Source of the DNA: an uncultured Planctomycetia bacterium
GTDB taxonomy: Bacteria > Omnitrophota > Gorgyraeia > Gorgyraeales > Gorgyraeaceae
Direction of reading: 5' to 3'
NCBI GenBank assembly: GCA_964566255.1
Contig: CAZMID010000002.1
Coordinates: 30,923-94,922 of the forward strand
Length of the DNA: 64,000 nucleotides
Numbering within the stretch: the first letter of the stretch is position 1; each line of letters starts with the position of its first letter. Shown here piece after piece: positions 50,140 through 59,135 of this stretch. The notes beneath the pieces were generated by a model. The model saw only the letters and a program-made list of their open reading frames with translations. It made no database searches and had not been told where the DNA came from. The position numbers and the translations under genes are program-made.

Positions 50140-51553
50140 TCTAATTAAAGAACTTCATGACCGGCATGGCATTTATTCACTGTCAAGTGCCATGAAGCAA
50201 CATGGTGTTGAGGTTTATTTTGTCGGGGAAAGAACTTATAAAAGGGCACTACGCAGAGTAAAAGAAATCAGACCAGATTTTTTACTCTATTCTTCTTTTT
50301 CCTCAACTATGTCAGTTTATACTGAGTTTGACAAAATGTCCAAAGAGTTTGTTAAGGCAAGATCCCTAATAGGAGGGCCTGGGCCGACATTTGATTGGAA
50401 GAGCATAGAGAATTCTTCTATTGATAGTGCATGTGTTGGTGAAGGAGAATTTGCATTAGTGGATTTTATTAAGAGTAACTTTCATACTACAAAAAATATA
50501 TTTAGAAGAGAAGAGCTTGCACCTTCTGGATTTTATCCTCTTGTAGAGTTGGATAGATTACCTTTTCCTGACAGGGATGTGGTTTATAGAGAAGATTCTA
50601 TACTTAGAAATCAACCATCTAAACAGTTTCTTTCTGGTAGAGGATGTCCTTATCAGTGTACATATTGTTTTAATCATAAGTTTAGAGATATTTTTAAAGG
50701 TCTTGGTCCATCTGTAAGAAAGAAGAGTCTTGGATATTTATTTGATGAGATACGCTATGTAAAGAAAAGATATCCGCTTTCAAGTATTGTATTTAACGAT
50801 GATACTTTCATTTTAGATAGAAAGTGGTTTGTAGAGTTTTGCGAGCGGTTTCCAAAAGAAATTGGTCTGACGTACACTTGTAATATAAGGCCTAATTTGA
50901 TTGACGAAGAAGTAGTCAGGTTATTAAAAGACAGTAATTGCACAGGTGTAAACTGGAGCATAGAGTCAGGAGATGATTACTTAAGAAATGAGGTACTTAA
51001 AAGAAATATAACTATTGAGCAGATATTGAATACATCGGAACTTTTAAGAAAGTATAAGATTTCGTATAGAATTGGAAATATTATTGGTTTGCCTGGAGAA
51101 AATTTTGAACAAATGCTTAAAACATTAAAGTTAAATATAAAGGCCAGACCTTCTATGGCATTTAGTGGCATTTTTGTCCCTTTTCCTGGTTTGGCTTTAA
51201 CAGAATATGCGATTTCCCACGGTTATTATAAGCCAGACACAAAGCGAGGTTTACCAGATGGCCGTACAAGATGCCTCATGAATGTAAGTCAAAATGAGAA
51301 TCTAAAGATTCAAAAACTATTCTGTTTATTTCCATTATTTGTGAAATATCCAGTTTTATTTGATAGAGATGCCTTGCGGAAAACGTTGTTTTCTATACCT
51401 TTATGTATATTAAAAATATTATTTACGTTTTATTATGGCTTTCACATGATGAAACTTCATATTCCAAAGGTATCTTTCTTCCAGAAATGTCAAATAGCCA
51501 TGAGATTTATTATAAATTTATATATATCGAATAAAAGGTATAGAAGGAAATAA
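50117..51553 (+). CDS. Cobalamin-binding radical SAM enzyme 5
   Basis: GGPGPT, GEGE, RGCPYQCTYCFN, IESG, IIGLPGE. Confidence 0.9.
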   Translation: MIKVAFVDLIKELHDRHGIYSLSSAMKQHGVEVYFVGERTYKRALRRVKEIRPDFLLYSSFSSTMSVYTEFDKMSKEFVKARSLIGGPGPTFDWKSIENSSIDSACVGEGEFALVDFIKSNFHTTKNIFRREELAPSGFYPLVELDRLPFPDRDVVYREDSILRNQPSKQFLSGRGCPYQCTYCFNHKFRDIFKGLGPSVRKKSLGYLFDEIRYVKKRYPLSSIVFNDDTFILDRKWFVEFCERFPKEIGLTYTCNIRPNLIDEEVVRLLKDSNCTGVNWSIESGDDYLRNEVLKRNITIEQILNTSELLRKYKISYRIGNIIGLPGENFEQMLKTLKLNIKARPSMAFSGIFVPFPGLALTEYAISHGYYKPDTKRGLPDGRTRCLMNVSQNENLKIQKLFCLFPLFVKYPVLFDRDALRKTLFSIPLCILKILFTFYYGFHMMKLHIPKVSFFQKCQIAMRFIINLYISNKRYRRK

Positions 51554-51567
51554 AAAAGGGGATTATC

Positions 51568-52752
51568 ATGAAAAGACTATCGAAGATTACAGATGGATTG
51601 ATTGGCCAACCTATGTTTAAACTTCTTGTAAAAGTAAAGGAGATGGAAGAAAGAGGCGCTAGGATCTTTCATTTTGAAATAGGGGATTCGGATTTTAGGG
51701 CGCATCAACATATTGTAGAAGCAACCAAAAAGGCGCTCGATAATGATAAAACTCATTATGTTTCATCAATAGGTATATCAGAATTAAGAGAGGCTATTTG
51801 CGATTCTACAGAAGAGACATTGGGTTTTAGACCAGATCTAGACCAGGTGGTTGTTATGCCGGCCAATGGTATTATTGATTTTGTAATGCGCTGTGTTGCT
51901 GAACCAGGTGACGAGGTTCTGTATCCTGACCCAGGGTTTTCTACATATCTAGCTGTAACTAATTATACAGGCATTAAAAAGGTCGGGATCCCTGTAAGGG
52001 AAGAAAATAGATTCCACATGGAACCAGAAGAAATAAGAAGACGGATAACTGATAAAACGCGACTTCTAATTATTAACTCTCCACAAAACCCAACAGGTGC
52101 TGTGATGAGCAAAAAAGATGTAGAAGAAATCGCCTTAATAGCCCAAGAGAATGATATCTATATTTTGAGTGATGAGATATATTCAAAGGTTATTTATGGG
52201 AAGACACATTATTCACCCAGTTTTCTAGATAGATGTTTAGACAGGACTATTATTTTAAATGGGTTTGCAAAAAATTATTCAATGCCTGGATGGAGATTAG
52301 GTTATGCGATAGGTCCAAAAGAGGTTATCAAAAAGATGGGCATCCTTTTTCAGACAATTTATTCTTGCACACCTCCTTTTATTCAATATGGAGGGATTGC
52401 AGCACTAAGAGGAGATCAGAGAGCTATCGGAGAAAGGATACAGAAATATAAAGCACTAAGAGATCTAATTGTTAAGGGGTTAAATGAGATTCCTGGGGTA
52501 TCTTGCATGGTTCCAGAGGGTGCTTGTTATGTTTTTCCGAATATAAAAGGGACTGGGATGGACAGTGTTCAGTTTGCTGATTTTGTACTGGAGAAGGCAG
52601 GAGTAGCCCTTTTACCTGGAACGTGTTTTGGTGAGTATGGTGAGGGACATGTAAGACTTTGTTACACGAGACATCCAGAAGTTATTAAAGAGGCATGCGA
52701 AAAAATGAAAAAGGCATTCATGGAGAAGAAAAATGAAGTCTGTATTCATTAA
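51568..52752 (+). CDS. Class I/II PLP aminotransferase (AspC/AspB-like)
   Basis: NSPQNPTG, SDEIY, GFAKNYSMPGWRLG. Confidence 0.92.
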   Translation: MKRLSKITDGLIGQPMFKLLVKVKEMEERGARIFHFEIGDSDFRAHQHIVEATKKALDNDKTHYVSSIGISELREAICDSTEETLGFRPDLDQVVVMPANGIIDFVMRCVAEPGDEVLYPDPGFSTYLAVTNYTGIKKVGIPVREENRFHMEPEEIRRRITDKTRLLIINSPQNPTGAVMSKKDVEEIALIAQENDIYILSDEIYSKVIYGKTHYSPSFLDRCLDRTIILNGFAKNYSMPGWRLGYAIGPKEVIKKMGILFQTIYSCTPPFIQYGGIAALRGDQRAIGERIQKYKALRDLIVKGLNEIPGVSCMVPEGACYVFPNIKGTGMDSVQFADFVLEKAGVALLPGTCFGEYGEGHVRLCYTRHPEVIKEACEKMKKAFMEKKNEVCIH

Positions 52753-53887
52753 TGATATTACATTGAGAGATGGGGAACAGGCTGCAGGAGTTAATTTTTT
52801 CCCTGAGGAAAAATTAAAGATTGCCGAAAGCTTGGTTAAATTGGGCGTCCCTATAATTGAAGCTGGGTTTCCAATAGCTTCAGACCAGGACGCTAAAGGC
52901 GTGGAGCTGGTTGCTAAAGAATTCGGAAAAGATATTATCATTAGCGCTATGTGTAGAGCTGTATTTAAAGATATAGAAGTAGCGAGTAAATCATTAGGAG
53001 ATGCCCCTAAAAGAAGGATACAGGTTGTTATGGGTACCTCCGACATACATTTAAAGCATAAGTTTAACATATCAAGAGAAAAGGCCTTAGATATCTCAGT
53101 AGAGTCGGTTAGATATGCTTGTAAGTTTTCTAACGATATAGAGTTTGCGGCCGAAGATTCTACAAGAAGCGATCTAAGCTATCTTATAGAGGTGTGCAAG
53201 GCTTGTGTTGCAGCAGGTGCAAAGACAATAGAACTTCCTGATACTGTTGGATATGCTACACCAGAAGAATATTTCAATATGGTAGCTTCAGTTGTAAAAT
53301 CCCTTCCTTCAGAAGTGATTGTTTCTACGCACTGTCATAATGATCTTGGTATGGCAACAGCAAATACACTCGCAGGCATTCAGGCAGGTGCCAAGCAGGC
53401 AGAAGTTACCATAAATGGAATTGGAGAAAGAGTTGGGAATGCATCTTCAGAAGAGGTCATTATGGCTTTAAGGGCGAGGAGAGATTTTTATAAGATCGAT
53501 GTAGACTATGTCAATGCCAAAGAGATTATGAAGTTGAGTAAGTTGATTGAGGAACTTTCCCAGATAAAGATCGCTCATAATAAGGCTGTTGTTGGAAAAG
53601 GGGCATTTTTACATGAATCAGGCATACATCAAGATGGGCTTATAAAGTCACCTCAGACGTATCAACTTTTAAACCCAGGAGACATTGGTCTAGAGGGGTA
53701 TGAGTTAGTTATAGGAAAACTCTCAGGGAAGAATGCCTTAAAAGAGAGGATGAATATTATTGGGATTGGGTTAGGCGATAAAGATATGGCAGATTTTTCT
53801 AGGTTTTTTAAAGATCATGTTGCAAAAAAGAAATTTATTACAGATGATGATATATCAAATCTATACAAGAGATGGAAAAACAGCTAG
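52733..53887 (+). CDS. leuA: Short-form 2-isopropylmalate synthase-like (DRE-TIM) enzyme lacking the regulatory domain
   Basis: DITLRDGEQ, EAGFP, PDTVG, HCHNDLG, GIGER, HESGIHQDG, GKLSG; only 384 aa. Confidence 0.75.
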   Translation: MKSVFINDITLRDGEQAAGVNFFPEEKLKIAESLVKLGVPIIEAGFPIASDQDAKGVELVAKEFGKDIIISAMCRAVFKDIEVASKSLGDAPKRRIQVVMGTSDIHLKHKFNISREKALDISVESVRYACKFSNDIEFAAEDSTRSDLSYLIEVCKACVAAGAKTIELPDTVGYATPEEYFNMVASVVKSLPSEVIVSTHCHNDLGMATANTLAGIQAGAKQAEVTINGIGERVGNASSEEVIMALRARRDFYKIDVDYVNAKEIMKLSKLIEELSQIKIAHNKAVVGKGAFLHESGIHQDGLIKSPQTYQLLNPGDIGLEGYELVIGKLSGKNALKERMNIIGIGLGDKDMADFSRFFKDHVAKKKFITDDDISNLYKRWKNS

Positions 53888-54693
53888 TAGAAATATTTAA
53901 AAAAATGTGTTTGATCCGCTATTTTGAGCTCCAGGTTATTGAGCCCAGAAAGAATGGTCTTACGCCTGGCCCTGTTTATTTGTCAGTAGGACAGGAGGCT
54001 ATTTCTAGCGCAATTTCAATGCTTACAAAAGGATATTCAGTTTTTGCACAGCATCGCTGTCACTCAGTGTATTTAGCATATGGTGGAGATCCTGGACGTC
54101 TTGTAGACGAGTTGTTTGGTCGAAGTTCAGGGTGTTGTGGGGGTAAGGGTGGCTCACCGTGCATACAAGATTTAAATATTCCTATGTATGGGCATCATGG
54201 GTTAATAGGAGAGAATATACCTTTGGCGACTGGTTATGCATTGGCTACGGGAAAACCTACAGTTGCCTATTTTGGCGATGCAGCATCTGAAGAAGATTAT
54301 GCATTGACTTCATTTGGTTTTGCTACAACTCATAAATTACCTATTTTATATGTTTGCGAAGATAACGATTTATCCATTTTAACTCCTATTAAGGACAGAA
54401 GAGATTGGAATGTTCATGATGTGACCACAGCTATGGGATTAAAGACCGAAGTGATTGTAGATGATCCTAAAGTAATCCTGGATACTGTTGGGGGGCTGAT
54501 TGAAAAGCTTCCTGCATTTGTCAATATTCAGACCACCAGGCACCTTTGGCATGAAGGGGGAGGGATCGATGGTCCTCCTGTGAGAGATAGAATAGCTGAG
54601 ATGAGAAAAATAATACCCGATGCATCAAAAATAGAAGATGAAATAAAAACATATGTTGAGGAACTATGGCAAAGACAGTCGCAGAAACTATAA
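53872..54693 (+). CDS. Divergent, short ThDP-dependent E1 alpha-like subunit
   Basis: YLSVGQE, QHRCH, GKGGS, GDAA(x)nEDN. Confidence 0.85.
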   Translation: MEKQLVEIFKKMCLIRYFELQVIEPRKNGLTPGPVYLSVGQEAISSAISMLTKGYSVFAQHRCHSVYLAYGGDPGRLVDELFGRSSGCCGGKGGSPCIQDLNIPMYGHHGLIGENIPLATGYALATGKPTVAYFGDAASEEDYALTSFGFATTHKLPILYVCEDNDLSILTPIKDRRDWNVHDVTTAMGLKTEVIVDDPKVILDTVGGLIEKLPAFVNIQTTRHLWHEGGGIDGPPVRDRIAEMRKIIPDASKIEDEIKTYVEELWQRQSQKL

Positions 54694-55553
54694 AAGAAGT
54701 TACTCGCAGGCATTTAGAGGAAAACAAAGGTTTATTGTTCGGGCAGTCCATAACAGCTGTTGGATGGGTAAATAATACAGTGCCTGACTGTAGAAATATT
54801 GTTGAATTTCCTATGTCTGATGTGTCCAATATGGGGATAGCTTGTGGTGCAGCAATTAGTGGGCGGCGACCTATTATTGTTATTCGTTTTCAGGATTTTA
54901 TGTGGCTCAATAGCAGTACCTTGGTAAATTATGCTGCCAAGTCCAAGGATATTATGGGCATACCGACGCCAATATTTGTAAGGGCTTTGGCCTTGGATAA
55001 TGCAGGCTGTGTCCATTCAGGTGTCCTCCACGGTATATTTATGCATATGCCGGGTTTCAGGGTTTGTTCTCCTATGACACCAAAAGAATATGAGGAAGCC
55101 TGGGATGATTTTATGGCTCATGACGATCCAATGATTGTTAGCGAACATAGAAAGAGTTTCAATAATACTGAGGAGTTTGCAAATACAAACAATAAAGCAG
55201 ATGTAACATTGATTTCGATATCATCGGCACGTTTTAATGTGATTAAGGCTGCATCTATACTTGAGAAAGAAGGAATTAGATGTAATCTTGCTCATGTTAT
55301 GTGGCTTAAACCTTTCAAAAAGGATCATATCTTGGAGGCGTTGAACAATAGCAAAAGAGGTTTGGTAATAGATGCTGGTTTTGAAATATGCGGGGCTTCT
55401 CAATCTATAGCTTATGAACTTATGTTGGAGACTGGTAAGCCTGTGAAGGCTTTAGGATTAGAAGATCGTTCAGTAGGTGTGGGTCTTGAATCCCGAAACC
55501 CAACACCATCTGCTGAAAGAATAGTTGCAGGAGTCAAAGATTTTTTACAATAG
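54666..55553 (+). CDS. Divergent E1 beta-like/transketolase C-terminal subunit
   Basis: LFGQ, EFPMSD, RFQDF, VNYAAK, VHS, SEHR, WLKP. Confidence 0.85.
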   Translation: MAKTVAETIKEVTRRHLEENKGLLFGQSITAVGWVNNTVPDCRNIVEFPMSDVSNMGIACGAAISGRRPIIVIRFQDFMWLNSSTLVNYAAKSKDIMGIPTPIFVRALALDNAGCVHSGVLHGIFMHMPGFRVCSPMTPKEYEEAWDDFMAHDDPMIVSEHRKSFNNTEEFANTNNKADVTLISISSARFNVIKAASILEKEGIRCNLAHVMWLKPFKKDHILEALNNSKRGLVIDAGFEICGASQSIAYELMLETGKPVKALGLEDRSVGVGLESRNPTPSAERIVAGVKDFLQ

Positions 55554-55562
55554 AGGTAACTC

Positions 55563-56930
55563 GTGTTAGATATTTTATTAGTAAATCCTAGTAATCGACT
55601 TTCTCAATTTGGTGGGGTTTCCAAATATGCTACTATCGCTCAGCCATTAGGAATAACTATGCTTGCTGCTTACATAAGAAAGCATAGCTTTTCTGTTGAG
55701 ATCCTTGATGCAGAGGTTTTAGATCTTATCCCTGAGAGGGTTATAGACGAGATCGTGCGCCGCAACCCAAGATTTGTAGGTATCACTGCTTTTACGACAA
55801 AGATGACAGCAGCTAATAGAATATTTACTCTTTTAAAAGAAAAGGCACCTTATATAAAAACTATTATTGGAGGACATCATCCCTCTGCAATACCTGAAGA
55901 GACATTAAAAGAGTCAAATGTCGATTTTGTTGTTAAAGGTGAAGGGTACAAATCTATAGTAGATATACTTAGTGGGAGGAAAGACCCAATTCAAACAGCA
56001 GAACTGATGAAGGATATAAATGAACTTCCTCTTCCTGCGTGGGATTTGTTGCCTATGGATAAATATAGAGCTCATCACTGGCATACATGGGGTATTGGTC
56101 AGGCGAATTCATGTGCCTTGATCTATACATCTCTCGGATGCCCTTTTCAATGTAAATTCTGCAGTGTTTCTGTAGTCTATGGCAAGAGGATTTATAGAAA
56201 AAAGAGCCCTGAGCGCGTAATCCAGGATTTTGACGTGCTTTATAATAAGTATCACATTAAGCATATTGAGATTATAGACGATACATTTACCTTGGATAGG
56301 ACTCATGTAGAAAAGATATGTGACCTTTTGATTGAACGGAAGTACAATTTTAATATGTGGGCATTTTCAAGGACAGACACCACAGATCCTTATCTTATGG
56401 AGAAGATGAAAAAGGCAGGTATTAATTGGGTTTTTATGGGGATAGAAGCTGGTAATAGTAAAGTTTTGGATTCTGTGCTCAAAAAACAAAATTTGGAACA
56501 GATCCGTAATGCTATTGATATTGCGCATAAAGCTGGAATGAATGTCGGCACAAATTACATATTTGGCCTTCCTGATGACAGCTTTGAGACTATGCAGGAT
56601 ACACTTGATTTAGCATTGGAGCTTAATACAGAATGGAGTAATTTTTTTATAGCCATGCCTTATCCAGGGACAGAGATGTATGGTAAATCCAGAGCTGAAG
56701 ATTTACCTCAAGAATGGGAACAATATGGCTTCTTTGCACCGAATGCAAGGACATTACCTACGAGATATGTAAGTGGTGAGGATGTGGTGAGATTTAGAGA
56801 TAAGGCATTCCAGACTTTTTTTTCAAATCGGAATTATCAGGATATGATAGAAAAAAAGTTTGGCATGAAAAAATATATACAAGATATGCTGAAAAAGAAA
56901 ATCGGAAGGGATTATGAAACAAAGAGATAA
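55563..56930 (+). CDS. Cobalamin-binding radical SAM enzyme 6 (YRAHHWH subtype)
   Basis: QPLG, GGHHPS, GEGY, YRAHHWH, GCPFQCKFC; GTG start. Confidence 0.92.
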   Translation: MLDILLVNPSNRLSQFGGVSKYATIAQPLGITMLAAYIRKHSFSVEILDAEVLDLIPERVIDEIVRRNPRFVGITAFTTKMTAANRIFTLLKEKAPYIKTIIGGHHPSAIPEETLKESNVDFVVKGEGYKSIVDILSGRKDPIQTAELMKDINELPLPAWDLLPMDKYRAHHWHTWGIGQANSCALIYTSLGCPFQCKFCSVSVVYGKRIYRKKSPERVIQDFDVLYNKYHIKHIEIIDDTFTLDRTHVEKICDLLIERKYNFNMWAFSRTDTTDPYLMEKMKKAGINWVFMGIEAGNSKVLDSVLKKQNLEQIRNAIDIAHKAGMNVGTNYIFGLPDDSFETMQDTLDLALELNTEWSNFFIAMPYPGTEMYGKSRAEDLPQEWEQYGFFAPNARTLPTRYVSGEDVVRFRDKAFQTFFSNRNYQDMIEKKFGMKKYIQDMLKKKIGRDYETKR

Positions 56931-58362
56931 TTTACTGATATTAAAGCCAGGCGCACAAGAGGAACTCTATCAAAAATTGAGTGAATCTTTATCAGGACTT
57001 GAGCCATCGTTATGGTCAGCATTGCTTGCTGCGTTCATAAGGGAGAAAGGCTTCAAGGTTAATATAGTAGATGCCGAAGTAGAATATGAAAGGTTGATAC
57101 CTGTTGTAACAGCCGAAATGCCAAAATTGGTTGCTATTGTAGCCTCTGGAACAAATCCTTCAGCATCTACAATGAATATGGTAGGCGTAAGAAATTTAGT
57201 CCAGGATATAAAAAGAGTGAATAAGGATTTACCTATTATATTAATAGGTCTTCATCCATCAGCATTACCCAGGCAGACTTTATTAGAAGAACCTGTGGAC
57301 ATGGTATGTGAGGGAGAGGGATTTTATACGTTATTGGATTTACTTTCAGATGTTGATTATAAAGATATTAAGGGTTTATGGTATAGAAAAGGAAAAGAGA
57401 TTCTTTCTAATCCTAGAGCTGAATTGGTTGACCCCAATGAACTACCTATGCCGGCATGGGAACTGATGTCTATGCATAAATATAGAGCTCATAATTGGCA
57501 TTGTTTTGGTCATACAGACGAAAGAAGTCCTTACGGAGTTATCTATACAAGCCTGGGTTGTCCTTTCAATTGTTCGTTCTGTTGCATAAATGCTATTTTT
57601 GGAGTACACAAAATACGATATAGAAACCCTAAGAAGGTCGTAGAGGAAATAGATTATCTTGTGAAGAACTATAATATTAAAAATTTTAAGATTATTGATG
57701 AAATGTTTGATTTAAATGATAACCATGTGATTGAGCTTTGCGATCTTCTTATAGAGAGGGACTATGGTTTAAACATATGGGCTTATACTAGAGTCGATAC
57801 AATGAATGAGAAGAAATTGAAAAGAATGAAACAGGCTGGGATAAATTGGCTGGGCATAGGTTTTGAGTCTGGTAATAGAGGAATTCGAGATACCGCTACT
57901 AAGGGTAGATTTGATAATGAGAAAATGAGACAGGCTGTAAAGATGATAAGAGATGCAGATATATATCTGGGTGGGAATTTTATCTTTGGCCTTCCCGGTG
58001 ATTCCCTTGAAACCATGCAGCAGACCTTAGATTTAGCAAAGGAATTTAATTGTGAATATGCAAATTTCTATGTTGCTATGGCTTATCCCGGATCCAAACT
58101 TTATGAAGAAGCCGTGGCTAAAAATCTTCCTTTGCCTGATTCATGGCTTGGTTATTCACAGTTTAGTTACGAGACACAACCTTTACCGACAGAATCTCTA
58201 TCTCCTTCTGAAATCCTGCGTTTCAGGGATAAGGCCTTTAATGAATTCTATAGCAGCAAATCCTATCAGGATATGATTTTGAAGAAATTTGGAGAAGAGA
58301 CACTTCAGCATGTAAAAGATATGCTTAAACATAGATTAAAAAGGCAATTATTGAGTGATTAG
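56914..58362 (+). CDS. Cobalamin-binding radical SAM enzyme 7 (YRAHNWH subtype)
   Basis: GLHPS, GEGF, YRAHNWHCFG, GCPFNCSFC, GFESG. Confidence 0.92.
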   Translation: MKQRDNLLILKPGAQEELYQKLSESLSGLEPSLWSALLAAFIREKGFKVNIVDAEVEYERLIPVVTAEMPKLVAIVASGTNPSASTMNMVGVRNLVQDIKRVNKDLPIILIGLHPSALPRQTLLEEPVDMVCEGEGFYTLLDLLSDVDYKDIKGLWYRKGKEILSNPRAELVDPNELPMPAWELMSMHKYRAHNWHCFGHTDERSPYGVIYTSLGCPFNCSFCCINAIFGVHKIRYRNPKKVVEEIDYLVKNYNIKNFKIIDEMFDLNDNHVIELCDLLIERDYGLNIWAYTRVDTMNEKKLKRMKQAGINWLGIGFESGNRGIRDTATKGRFDNEKMRQAVKMIRDADIYLGGNFIFGLPGDSLETMQQTLDLAKEFNCEYANFYVAMAYPGSKLYEEAVAKNLPLPDSWLGYSQFSYETQPLPTESLSPSEILRFRDKAFNEFYSSKSYQDMILKKFGEETLQHVKDMLKHRLKRQLLSD

Positions 58363-58395
58363 AATATATAAATCAATTAAAAAGAAAGGTAGAAT

Positions 58396-59100
58396 ATGAA
58401 AGTAGCATTGTTGATCTTAACGCTTAACGAAATCGAGGCAGTAACTCAAGTTATGCCTAGAGTCAAGAGGGAATGGGTTGATGAAATTATTTTTGTGGAT
58501 GGGAATTCTACTGATGGGACGATAGACTATATAAAGGAGCACAATTACGGTTTATTGTTAGAAAAAAAACCTGGGGCACGAGAGGCCATGGTAGAAGCCA
58601 TCAATAATATGGAGAGTGACGTAGTCATTACTTTTAGTCCAGATGGTAATTGTATTCCCGAAGTTATTCCTAAATTGATTAAAAAGATGCAAGAAGGTTA
58701 TGATATGGTTATTGCCTCGCGCTACGCAGAGGGAGCAAAGAGTTACGATGATACGCGTATAACTGCTTTTGGGAATTGGATGTTCACAACGCTAATAAAT
58801 ATTTTATATGGAGCTAAATATAGCGATACTATGGGTGTTTATCGCATATTTAAAAAGAATCTTATAAAAGATTTAGATTTAGACAAGGATATTACATATA
58901 CAACCCCTGAAAAATTATTCAGGACAAAACTGGGATGGGATCCTATATTGTCTGTTCGGGCAGCTAAAAGAAAATTAAAGGTTTCCTATGTTCCTGCTGA
59001 TGAACCTTTGAGGATTGGTGGCAAACCGAAACTGCAGGTATTAAAATGGGGAGCTGGATATTTATTTCAAGTTATAAGAGAAAGATTTTTGTGGCGTTAG
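58396..59100 (+). CDS. GT2 glycosyltransferase (DPM1/ArnC-like), paralog 3
   Basis: TLNE, VDGNSTDGT, FSPDGN, GYDMVIASRY, DEPLRIGG. Confidence 0.88.
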   Translation: MKVALLILTLNEIEAVTQVMPRVKREWVDEIIFVDGNSTDGTIDYIKEHNYGLLLEKKPGAREAMVEAINNMESDVVITFSPDGNCIPEVIPKLIKKMQEGYDMVIASRYAEGAKSYDDTRITAFGNWMFTTLINILYGAKYSDTMGVYRIFKKNLIKDLDLDKDITYTTPEKLFRTKLGWDPILSVRAAKRKLKVSYVPADEPLRIGGKPKLQVLKWGAGYLFQVIRERFLWR

Positions 59101-59135
59101 GGTTGACATATATAGGCATGAGGAGGCAATAAGAG

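Noticed and set aside
43517-55553. Housekeeping pyruvate or acetoin dehydrogenase complexes
   Set aside because: No E2 (lipoyl) or E3 genes in the window; two divergent pairs sit among sugar genes
51568-55553. Phosphonate biosynthesis (FrbC-like synthase, Fom3-like methylases)
   Set aside because: No PEP mutase (EDK...NS motif) or phosphonopyruvate decarboxylase recognised in the window
42295-58276. Short alternative-frame + strand ORFs at 42295, 52233 and 58052
   Set aside because: Fully nested in rSAM or aminotransferase genes, with no motifs
29676-58362. Hopanoid, ladderane, bacteriochlorophyll or RiPP cluster explanation for the rSAMs
   Set aside because: No squalene-hopene cyclase, ACP/Fab, bch genes or precursor peptide seen; neighbours are NDP-sugar enzymes. 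Not fully excluded without phylogeny
59103-59131. TTGACA upstream of the 772-aa membrane protein
   Set aside because: No plausible -10 box 16-18 bp downstream; that position overlaps the AGGAGG RBS region
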